From: Lama guanicoe
Taxonomy: Eukaryota
Length of the DNA stretch: 64,000 nt
Reading direction: 5' to 3'
NCBI GenBank assembly: GCA_013239625.1
Contig: MU054187.1
Coordinates: 2,117,757 to 2,181,756, forward strand
Below the pieces are notes generated by a model that worked only from the letters and a program-made list of their open reading frames with translations, did no database searches and had not been told where the DNA came from. This document shows, piece after piece, positions 37,331 through 48,808 of the stretch; position 1 is the first letter of the stretch, and the number at the start of each line of letters is the position of its first letter. The translations under genes and the position numbers were made by a program.

Positions 37331-37649
37331 CTTTTTTTTTGGACAGAAAATGCAAATTTACAAAGAAGAAATGGTCTTTGAGCAACATGTTTCTTGTGAA
37401 CCTATTGGTCCTTTATCCACATGCCTGTGTGTCCAGTCTTGAAAGAGGCCCACGCGTCCGAACTCCTCCTGTGTCCTCTGCAGGCCTCCGACCTCATCGG
37501 CCCGAGCCAAGCCACTCAGAAAGCTCCACATTTCCACGTGTGAAAACTCTCCTCGTCTGACCCAGTTTCCCTGTCCCTTCACTGCGGCTCACCCACTGTC
37601 CCTTCCTAGTGTGTGTTCCTGGAGACCCCAGAGTGTCCCTCAGAGTCCA

Positions 37650-38880
37650 CTGGTCTCCTTACCACCCTTGGCCAGCGATCTGGACAAGTCCGAGGTGTCA
37701 CCTTGGATTCGCTGATGATGCCCGGATGTCCTGTCCACAGACATTTCCTCTGCTCTTCAGACTCGCGTGTCTGACTCCTCCTTCACGTCTGTACTCGGAT
37801 GTCTCAAAACAGCCTTCCGTGAACAAGCCCCTAAGCAGAACATCTGTCCTTCACCCAAACCTCTGCCCCTCCCCGCCCCCACCCCCCAGGGTGTGCATCG
37901 CTCCGTCTGGATGTGAGTTTTCCGATTCTTTCTCTTTTCCTGCTCCCATGTCCAGTTTACCCGCAGGGGCTTAGGTTGTACCTTTAAAGCAGATCCTGAA
38001 TAAGTACCCTGCTCTCGCTCCCAGTCTCTGTCCCTCTTCTTTCCCTCCTTCTCTCTCCCTGCCCCTCCCTCCAGCTTCGCTCTGAGCACTCTCTGACCAT
38101 GCAGCGGCAATTCAGATTCCAGGGAAACAGAACTTCTTCCATTCACTGTCCTGAATCGGCCTTTTCAATAGATTTCCATCACAGTTTGGATGAAGTCCAA
38201 ACTCCTTGCCATGTTCCGGGGGGCCACACGGTTCCACTCCGGGTGTCCCGCGGCCCAGACCCCCACCGGACCCCGCCCGCACTGCCCCACGCCGGGGCTT
38301 TGCACCTGCTCTTGGCCCCGGGCGGTGCCTCGGGGCCAGTTCCTCCTTGTCCTCCAGGCCAGCCGAAGTGCTGTCCCCCGAGAAGGGCTTGCCCTGCTGC
38401 TCACTGCTGTCCTCTGACTCCTCGTGTGTTTCTGTTGCAGTTTCTAGGTGTTTCCTTTCTTTCTCTCTCTGATTTTGTCTGTCATTCCCACGAGAAGGAG
38501 GGCCCCCTGAGGGCAGGCGTGGTGCTGCCTGAGTCCCACGAATCTGTGACATCTAAGGCAGAATGTGACACACGGCGGAGCTGAACTGAACAGGCGAGGA
38601 GACCGTCCGACTGCGGAGCGAACCACCACCTCAGCCCGCCCGTGCCTCGGGTTACAAACCACCAGGGCAGCCCAGGCTTCCCCAGTGGGGTGCCGCCTCT
38701 GCAGCCAGCCAAGGGCTTCCTCCTGTAAGTCTCCCCAGACCCCGAGGGCGGAGGGCGCCCGGCCACTTCTGCTTTGGTGCTGCCAGATTCTAATAGATTC
38801 TTTTTCTCAAATAAATTCTTAAACGTTTTAATACACCTCAGTCTAACAGCAGGCACTCAAGGAGTGTCTCTGAATGGAGG
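37650..38880. mobile_element. Degenerate L2 with a CpG-rich core at 38210-38350
   Basis: L2 phrases (ggatgtctcaaa, aagtccaaactccttgccatg, cccctgagggcaggc, cagcaggcactcaa...tgaatgga). Confidence 0.5.
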
Positions 38881-39299
38881 GATATATGGCCGAATATCTT
38901 TAAATACAGGCATTTAGGGTGCAGGCTGCTTCACTGCGTATTTTATCACTCACGACAATTGTTCAGGGTTTTGGTCCATTTTCTTTGAAATTTTGGGTCC
39001 TGAAAACAATTTAAATTCAGAGTAGATAAAAGTCTGTTTTTGAGAAAGGCCACCAGAGGGAGTCCTGAGATAATTTTTGTAGGGAAAAAAATTCAAGAAT
39101 TATTCATTATTCAAGTCAGTTGGGTCTTCTATAGAAGGAATTTCACCAGTTTTCTTCCAGAACAGAAACTTTTCTTACGGCTATGTAATTATGTCTGATA
39201 CAGTAAAACAAAAATTGCAAAATTAGACCCACAAAATTAAAACTTTCGATAGTTACAGATTTATTCTTAAAACAGATACACAATTATGATAACTCTGGA

Positions 39300-40030
39300 C
39301 TGAAAAAAGTCAATGTCATTTAGATTTTTTCCTGTTATTTTCTAGGAGTTTTATAGTTTTGATTTTTCACGTAGATCTGTGATCCATTTTGAGTTACCTC
39401 TCTTTCTCTGTTTCTCTATATATTGAGATATAATTAACAGAAAACATTATGTAAATCTAAGGTGCACAATGTGTTGATTTGTTACATTTATATGTTGCAG
39501 TATGATTACCACTCTAGCGTTAGTTAATACTTCTATTATGTCGCATAATTATCATTTCCTTTTTGTGATGAAAGCAATTAAGTTCTAATCTCTTAGCAAC
39601 TCTGAAGTTTATAATACAGTATTATTGACTATAGTCGCTGTGCTCTGCATTTGATCTCCAGGACTTGCTTATCTACTGATTACAAGTTTGTACCCTCAAA
39701 CAGCATCTCCCCAGTTCCCATCCTCCTCCCAGCCCTGGTAACCTCCGTTCTACTCTATTTCTACACCGGTAATCGTGTCATTTGCAAACAAAGACTGTTT
39801 TATTTCTTCCTTCCCAATCTGTATAACTTTTAGTTCCTTTTTCTTGTCTTATTGCATTAGCTGGGACTTCCAATAAGATGAGGAAAAGGAGTGGTGAAAA
39901 GGGGCATCCTTACCCTGTTCTTGATCTTAGTGGGAAAATTTTTAGATTTTCACCATTAACTATGTTCACATAGGTTTCTGTAGATTTTTTTAAAAAATCA
40001 AACTTAGGAAATTTCCTTCTATTCCTCATT
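39300..40030 (-). mobile_element. L1 ORF2 fragment with a nested L1 3' end (39410-39765)
   Basis: tctaggagttttatagt...gatccattttgagtt; tattgagatataattaac...; tcatttgcaaacaaagac...ggggcatccttaccctgttcttgatctt. Confidence 0.75.
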
Positions 40031-40793
40031 TGCAGGTGTTCCCACCCCAGTGTCAGGAAAATGATTTAGGGAGGTGTAAAGGACAACACAAAAGCTGTAT
40101 TAGAACATTGTTTTTCATTGCAAGTTATAGTTGCTACTATGTTATACTATATCTTTCAGAAGGCTTGTTCTTTAATAACACGCAGTCAAATGTGGTCAAG
40201 AATAGCATTTTCAGACCAGGACGTGGGGGACAGGAGGAGTAGTGGAGAAAACACACGAGAAATGTGGTATTTGCCTTCTCAAGTCCATGCCACCAACAAC
40301 ATGGTCTAAACACAGAAACAAAACTCAACAGTCTTTACAAGTTAAGCAATAGTTTTTGCATGTCACTAATAGAATTGGTAAATTCAAATGAATAAAGTGA
40401 GAAACTCTAAATGAATAATTCTTCCCTAGTTAAGCAAAGAGCTGAAATTTATTTTATTTGAAACTGCTGTGCATTCATGTAAAGGGCATAACAAACAAAA
40501 ACACAGAGTGTGACTATTAAGAAAACTCTTTAAGGAAAAAAGTAAAATGTAATGGAAATGCTCTTTTGTAAAAGTAAAACCTCTTTGTCATACTTCAAAA
40601 TTATTTTCTATTTAGATTTCACAAAACCTTTATTATTGAGTCTATGAATTTTATGGAAAGGGCACTAGTATTTATTCCGTAATAGCAAAGATAAATGGCT
40701 TTTTAAAAAAGATTATATGCCTCAAATATTCTTAAATTTCATATCTTCAGCACTAGCTTCCTGGATTTCATTCTCTATTAATGCTTTGTCCGT

Positions 40794-40812
40794 GTTCACT
40801 AGATGGCACAAG
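40794..40812 (+). promoter_or_regulatory. CTCF-like motif
   Basis: TTCACTAGATGGCACAA, one mismatch to CCACTAGATGGCAC. Confidence 0.4.
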
Positions 40813-41639
40813 GAAACCAGCATCGCAGGGGCCGGTGGCGATCATGTACTTTTAACAGATGCTGTGAAGGCTTAAATGTTAGCAGGAAAGTGCCTCTGAC
40901 AGAATCTCAAGGCAAATTCTGAGTTGAAGGTGTCAGGTCTGCACAGATTAGAAGGCATCACAGGGTATTTACCTGAGATGCACGTTTGGGCTGCATGTGA
41001 CTTCCCAGTTCACATCTCTCTCCCTTTTAATATCTAGGATGTGTCGGCCCAGTTTATGAAATTAAGATGATGTTCACACCTCAATGGAATGTCCAATAAT
41101 CAGTTTACAGAAGTCTTACTGAGGTTACACATCAAAGCATTACGGTGATCAATCAGTATTTGAAAAACAAAAGGCTTTTGTATTATACCCTGGAAATAAT
41201 GATCCTTTAGAAGACCTGGTACTTGTTTACATTTGTGTGTGTGTGTGTGTTCTTTTTTTTTTTTTTGGCATTTCTTTCCTCCTTTTCTAGTTAAGGGAAA
41301 ATGAAAGAGATAGATAGGCTGGTGACAGGGTGCAAGTTCGGGTTTAGTCCAGGGTGGCTTGATGAACGTAGAAAACAAGCGACAATAGAGCCAAACCACA
41401 GCACCAGACGAAATGACTCTTACAAAGGCTTCCCTTTACAAGGCCTCCCGTGGCCCCCAAACTGGGTCCCGGGCCTTTCCCACACCCCCTGGCACCCCTC
41501 ATCTGTGCTCACCACCCGTAACACTTGCGTCTCGTAATTAACAGTTCCTTCACCTCCTGCACTTGCACCGCAGCTCCCTGAAGGCGGGGGCTGGGTCGTA
41601 GCCGCCATCCCTGCGGTTACGAGACTCCTCCTGGGTCAG

Positions 41640-41900
41640 GAGTGTGGGTTCTGCTGCGCCACAGACGTTGGCCTGTGCTCAGCTCCACCACTTACCAGGT
41701 GAGATTCGGGACAAGCTAACTTGGGCTGTGTAAGTCGGGGATTAACAATAAATAAAATAAATGGAGACAACAGTAGTAGCTGCTCCATAGTTTCACTGGG
41801 TATTAAGTAAGATAACAGAGGTGAAACACAGTATCTGAACACAGGAAGGACTCAGAAAATGTCACCCACCACTTACTGCTATTATTGTTACTGTTAATAA
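41640..41900. mobile_element. MIR SINE remnant
   Basis: cagctccaccacttaccaggtgagattcgggacaag...ataaaatggagacaacagtag...attaagtaagataa; further MIR-like remnants near 2080-2200, 2640-2860, 12350-12560 and 13500-13900. Confidence 0.6.
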
Positions 41901-42839
41901 GAAACATCTGATGAATGAAGGGATGTTAATTCAGTCCTATGAAACCAATTCTCTTTTGGGTTATTGACATTGCTGTGATGTGGACATTTCTCATACTTTG
42001 ATGTGCAGGATTAGGAAGGTAAAGGAAGATAGTCGAATGTGTAGAAAACCCAGATGCACATCCTCTGTAAAGAAGTAGTCGGAAACTTACCTGAAACTTG
42101 GAGACAGACAGAAGGTCACTGGCTGCTCTTTCAGTGCAGTGCTGGACTTGGTTTTATTGTCTGGACCATCTGTCTCTGCAGGGGCGAAGGTTAACGTGTA
42201 GGTCTTTGCCTGGGAGTGATGCAGGTAACTTCTGTCCGTTCATCAGCTGACCCGGGGATTGTGGTCTGTGGTTCTATTGGACTTAAACCAGTGTTATACG
42301 TAATGTAGCCGTCTTGTTCTAACATTTTCTTGTCAAACAGCCCATATAAACACAAATTCTTAAGTACTTTGGATTTGGCTTACCATCTTACTGCCTCCTT
42401 CATTCATTTCTTAAGTTTAAAAAAGTGTTTCATTTTGTATCTGCACGAGAGTAACGATTTTACATTTTTGAAAATTATGCTCTAACACAGTGTGGTTTAA
42501 CAATATTTTAGTAAGTTGTGAGTCTCAACTCTGACAGTTCAACAGCAGAGACATTTCCCCACGAGTCTGAGCAGGGTTGTATGTGTAGGGCTGCAGTCTA
42601 CAACATCTGCATATCCATTTGATTTTCTCTGATGACTTACACCTAACAATTGAAAGTTAAATGTGGCGATATGACATGTTCAACATTTGTTTATTCTTGA
42701 ACAACCCTGTGGCATAAGTGTTTTTAGTTTAATTCTCATGGAGGGAGCTTTTGAAGAAAAATAAAATGATGGTAACAAACACACAGGGCATGTTTCAGCC
42801 CCCGTGCCCTGTGGCAGAGCGATGCCTCCTCCGCTCAGC

Positions 42840-42887
42840 GAGCTCAGGGGACAGACGCCGGATGAGCTCAGGGGACGGACGCCGGAA
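42840..42887 (+). repeat. 24-bp tandem duplication
   Basis: gagctcaggggac(a/g)gacgccgga(t/a) x2. Confidence 0.9.
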
Positions 42888-45800
42888 GCAGTGTATTTGG
42901 GAACAGTATCTGTAGGTACCTTCGCTGTGGGCCCCAATTTTAAATCCTCTGATCAAATATAGTAGTATAGATAGTAACCAAACTGAAGTCTAGATCTGGT
43001 TCAGTGTTGGCCAAGGGAAATTTCCCTTTTGAAGAGAACAGCTTTGGAAAGGCCCCAGGAAGCAGGATGAGAATCCGCGGGCCCTTGTCAGTAGCCAGTA
43101 ACCAGGTGCGAAGGAACGAGGGATCGGAGCGCCAGCGCTTCCCGAAACGTTCCTGATGGGACGTTCTCGGCAAGGTGAGTGCAGGATTTTCCCCCCGGGG
43201 ACCCAGACGTTTCAGTATTTCTTACACATAAAAGCAGTTTTGAGCACCTGTAGTCTTGAGTGTCTGCAGTGGTTTTACCCATTTTCATCATCAGAACACT
43301 CTGGCAGGCCAGAAAACAGGTTTATGGTTTAAGACAAAAGCGATTTGATCGGCATTATATACACACAATAGTTTTTACTATAAATTATTTGAAAATGTTG
43401 AGACGTTGGCTAAAACAGTGTTTTCCCAGTACTAAAACGATTTTGTAATGACATGTTTTCTATGATTCTAAAGGCACCTTAGATTTCTTAGTTTCCCTGG
43501 TCTGTTTCAAGTCTGAGTCTCTACCGTTGCTCTGTTGTGCTTCTATTGACCTGCCAGGCTACCTGCTAGAACACCTGATAAGCAAGCGTCTACTGGACGC
43601 AAATGTGGGAAAGCGCGCTTTGACAGCCCAGGAGCAGCCACTTTTTTCCCACTTATTTTGTTACTGTTTCCGGGGGACAGCTTGCTGTTTCGGCAGTGCT
43701 ACAAGAGCACAGGCGCATTTCCGATCAAAAGAAAAGTACTTCACAGGCAGGAGACCAGGCCACAGTCACCCCCGATGACCCAGTGTTCTGAGAGGTGAAA
43801 CGTGAGCAGAAAATCCAGGTCGTTTCCCGGAGCAGAAGGACACGTCAGCTCAGAATGGAAAGCAGAGGAGTCACACGCACACGGCGCGCCGGCTAACCCA
43901 GCACGGAATCGCCCTCACCTAGGAAGGAGCTGGGTTACAAATCCTGTTTTGTCCCCGGTTTTATATGAGAGAAGGCTAACACACAGAGCTCACAAAGGAA
44001 ATGATTGAACCTGCCCTTGTCAAGGCAGCTGGGGAGGTCCGCCGTTCGGTCATTCAGACTCATAACGTCAAACATCTGGACACATCCGACATGCAGCTGT
44101 TTGGCTGTGTGAGCAAAAGTTGTCCAAATGGCCGTCTATTTTTTTAAAATTCTATTTGGATATTTTAATATGGGCCATAAGCTCAAATGAGTGAAAAAGG
44201 CTGAATGTTTGCATCTCTTAATTAACCTATTTATTCACTCACCAAATACATATCTGAGATCTTGGTAGGTGTCGGGTCTGAATTACGCATTGAAGACACA
44301 GTGGAGAGTAAGTCACGAAGGGTCCCCGCCCGCGTGGACCACACGTTCGTGAGCTGAGTCTGTCTTCTCCGCCTCTCTGCACTAGGCTGACCACTGGGGT
44401 TGCAGAAACATGGGAAAAGGTTCCTACTTCCAGAGAGTTCACGGCCTAATGGCTGGTCACGTCCAACGCAGGGGAAAGGCAGTGTCCCTGAGGTAAGCAG
44501 AGGCGCCACCGGGGTGCAGTAGGAGACAGGTCTGTGACACTGATCAGCCTCAGAGCTGCTGAGACGCTGTTTCACTCGATCAGAAGGAAGCCGCTTTATA
44601 GCATTGAGTGGGGAGTTTCTTATCGGTCTGTTGGTTCACAGCACACACGCCCTTCATCTGGGGCCTGAGAGCTGATCACTGAGATGCTGTCGGGCTTTAT
44701 GTGTATGAATAAGCATGGCCGGGACATGGAGCTGTACGCAAGACTGACGCGTCGTAACTGTACTGTACTTCAAGAAAAATTTTTTAATATTAAAGAAAAT
44801 AAGAAGAGCAACGAAATACAGAAATAAATGATGAGGTATCGTGACACTGGCTGTGGCTTTTGCCTCCTAAACGAGAGCTGGAGGTAAACCCCAGGTTCGC
44901 TACGCCGGAGCACGCCGCTTCCCCGGTCACCGTGGCTGCAGACTGGGGTTTCTCTGTGGCCACCAGCCACCCTTGGGGCCTCGCCTTCAAATTCTTTTCC
45001 TCTTCATCTCCTCAATTTGAGGGCAAAACCATGAACAATTTGGGACATAAAGCAGCGCAGCTATGGGCAATTAAATGAACTCAGTAAAAATCAGCAGCTC
45101 CAGGGCTCCTCGTGGCCGAGCGTCCAGACCTCTGCTTTCACCCTGAGTGGTCGCTAAGGCTGCCTGCGTCTTAAGGAAACGAGGTTCTTAGCTGGCGGTT
45201 CAAGGGGCAGGGCCCCTGTTTAGACTAGACCTGAGGCCACCACTGTCTGGGCCTGCAGGCTGTCCCCCGGGCCCCTCTGACTCATCCCTCTGTCCCCAGC
45301 CTGCTCCCTCCCTGTTCCCGCACGGCTCCATTGACTCACTGGCCTGGTTTTCCACTTCTCACTCACTGCATGTATTTCTTCGTGGTCTCTCCCGGTCATC
45401 ACAAGTCATCATTTCAAAAGCCCATGATTGTCTCAGGTGCTCATAAAATGGTTCTTGTTTGAAGACTGAACGAGCCTTCGTGGTCATATAGAACTGAATT
45501 CAGAACCACCTCCATGTTTATCAGTTTCAGTAAATTGTAGGGGGAGTGAGAGAAAAGTCAGGCTTGCCACTCATTGAAAATGGCCTTTTCATTTCAAGAG
45601 CAGAGATTGACCCTCAGGGATAAAGTGCAGACGGCTTGTTTATGATCAAAGGCATGTTTTCTGAAGTCTGCGTTTTATAGCTTTTCTTAGAAAATACTGT
45701 GAATTTTTCTTGCACCAAACGACAAAATCCTAATTCCAGCAAAAACATACTGGAAGAGGGTCCTGTGCAAGCTACTGACATCCATTGGGCACCTGCAGGT

Positions 45801-46599
45801 TTCAAGTGTGCAGGAGATCCTCACCACGGCTTGCCCGGCTAATTCCCTAACATCTCAGAAACAGACTGTTATCTACATTTTCACATTATTGTGACTCTCT
45901 AGTTTGAGGCTTGGGGAGAGTGTATAAAACTTGCTGTATGTCATTCAGTTTGTAGTTGGTAAATGCGACGGGAGCTACACAATTTGGGGGTGAGACGCCT
46001 CCTTCCCATTCAGCACCCCCAACGATGTCTGTGCCAGGCAGGGGACAGGAGATTAGCTCCGCTCTCGTCTGCACGGTCACCACCGTGCAAGGACCGGAGC
46101 CCTGCCAGGGGCTCCCACGGCAGGGGTTGTGGGGGAAGACTAGCTCCTTGCTCAGTGCTGTGGAAACCACAGGGGGAGCTGGTGTTTGGCTGGAGTTGGG
46201 TGTTACTGCCAAAAAGGGTTCCCATTATTAAACCATCCCGGCTGCTGGGCTGAGGGCTCTCGGAGCGCTTCCTGCCTGTGCTGTGGGTGGCTCTAGGCGG
46301 AGGCTCTGGAGCATGTGCTGGGGTCTGTGTGACGGGATGCGGGACCAGTGGGCCTCTGCTGTGCCGTTCCTCCAGTCCACGTCCCGAGGCTGCCCCCTCT
46401 CTCTCCACCTCCCAGTCCTCCCGTGGTGTGGCTGGTGCACCTGGGGACCTTTAGTTGGAGGAGGGAGGAGGAAGCGGTAGGAACAGGGTCTTCGCCAGAA
46501 CTAAAATCGCCCCTCTTCTCTTTCAGCCCACACGAACAGGGCTTGGACCCCTTGGTCTCCATCAGTCACTCCCTCTGAGGCCAGCAATGACCGACGGGT

Positions 46600-47350
46600 A
46601 GCCCCCACAGTGGGTTTCCCCCCGCCTCCCGCGGCTCTGGGCGGGTCTGGCGCAGCCGACCTCGCGCTTTCCAGACACGCGCCACGGGTCTGAAGGCCGC
46701 CGCTTTCTCCTGGCTGTCCTCCTGATTGTGGGACTGCTAACCTGCGGAGTCCTTCGCTACTTCTCCCTCATGCCTGCAGCCTGAAAACACTGGGGTGTCC
46801 ACAGCCCTGTTCTCAGACTCAGTTTCTCAGGCTGCGTTTCCTCTTATGTGACCTCAGTCTGTCTACGGTTAGATGCAAGCTCACTGCTTCCAAGTGCACT
46901 TCTGGACTCTGACCCTAACTCCCTTTAAAGCACCAGACTTACCTATGCACCTGCCTGCCTGACGCTGCAGACGTTAGGTTTCTACGAGACATCTCAGTTC
47001 CCACGTGCTTTCCTTCACACTTGGTCCTTTCTCAGTCTTCCCCGTCTTGGTAAATGGTGACTCCGCCTCTCCAGCTGCTCAGGCCAAAAACCTTGGTTTC
47101 TCCTTGACCTCCACCTTTCAGTTGTATCCTATGTCCAGTTTGTAACAAATTTATCACCTCTGTCACTTCTAACCTCAAAATACACCTATGATTTGCCACT
47201 TTCTCATCTCCTCCTCTGCCATCACGCTGATCACAGCCACCATCACCTCTTCTGGGGTGACTGCGGTGGCCGCCCGTGGTACCTGCCTTATCCCTTTTCC
47301 CATCTGAGTCTCACGCTGTTGGTTTCTCAAGCTGGAAAGTCAAGTGTGCA
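46600..47350. mobile_element. L2 fragment
   Basis: ccagctgctcaggccaaaaaccttgg...tccttgac; ccacttctcatctcc...cagccaccatcacctct. Confidence 0.6.
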
Positions 47351-48184
47351 GCATGAAGGGAGCGCCATGTCCTGCTCCCTCTGTTTATTCACTATGTTAG
47401 GACTTGTGGCATTTGAGATTTTCACGTGCTGTATTTATCTTCCCACTTAAATGATTTCCTAAGGTAATCTAGCTCTTTCATAGAAGACACTCTTTTTTCT
47501 TATAACACATTTATTGTGGGGTGGTTCCTGCACAGTAAACTACACATATTTCAGATGTACAATTTTTGAATTTTGATAGATGTATGGAAACACATTCTTA
47601 AGGTTCACTTTCAGTTTAGAAAAAATCATTCATATGAAAACTTTTAGGATTCAACAACTTTGCCTTCCCGTGACAAAGGGTATGGAAAACAACTGAAGTA
47701 CAGATACCAGAGGCTGACTGAGGTGGTGTCGTGAGTCCCAGTTTGTATCAGAATGGGGTTGTTTTTATGGATTCTCATCCACGTGAGTTCTGAGAGGAAG
47801 GAGGTGGGGGTTCCCTGCAAGGCCAGCCAGTCCGTTCTCTCTAGCCGGACAGAATGTTTTCCTTCCAAATGAGCCTTTCAAACCTCTGCCCTGCTGAGGC
47901 AACACCCTGGCGCTCCGCAGCGCGGGATCGTTTTGGCCGCCGAGCTGTCGGTGCTCATGATCTAAAGGCGGCCAAGAGGATGGCGCTTTGCGCATTAAAT
48001 ACTCCCATGGCTGCCCTGGTTGACAAGGACCATTTGTCTGCTTGACATCAAAATAGCCCAAGTCACTGGGTCACAGTTTCTTGTCGTCTTGGAGGGGCTT
48101 TTCCTTTCTAGTTTATCATTCCTTCCAAACAGACGTCTTGCTAACACAGTGGTAATTTGCCTTGGCATTTTCTATTCCCCGTTT

Positions 48185-48808
48185 CTTTTATTAATTTAAT
48201 TTAATTTTTAGAAAAATTTTTTCTATTGAAGTATAGCCAGTTAACAACGTGGTGTTAGTTTCTGGTGTACAGCACAGTGATTCAGTTATACAGATATATA
48301 TGTTCCTTTTCAGGTTCTTTTTCACTGTAGGTTATTACAAGGTACTGAATACAGTTCCCTGTGCTGTACAGTAGGACCTTGTTGTTTATCCATTTCACGT
48401 ATAATAGTTAGTATCTTCAATTCCCAAACTCCCAATTTATCCCCATCCCCCTTCCCTCGGTAACCATAAGTTTGTTTTCTATGTCTGAGTCTGCTTCTCT
48501 TTTGTAAATAGTTCATTTGTCTCGTTGTTTTTTTAGATTTCATAGCATATATCCGGAGGAAACTAATTCAAAAAGATACATGCACCTTAATGTCCACAGC
48601 AGCACTATTTACAGCAATCATGACGTGGAAGCAACCTAAGTTGTCTATCAACAGATAATTGGACAAGGAAGATGTGGTGTGTGTATACATTGGAACACTA
48701 CTCAGCCATAAAAAAGAATGAAATAATGCCATTTTCAGCAACATGAGTGGAACTGGAGATTATCATACTAAGTGAAGGAATTCAGACAGAGACAGACAAA
48801 TATCATAT
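48185..48808 (-). mobile_element. 5'-inverted (twin-primed) L1
   Basis: Antisense L1 3' end at 48185-48543 joined directly to a sense-strand upstream L1 segment at 48544-48808. Confidence 0.8.

Noticed and set aside
42085..42093. Isolated consensus donor (minus strand CAG|GTAAGT) and similar lone splice sites
   Set aside because: Expected by chance in 64 kb; no coherent coding exon chain.
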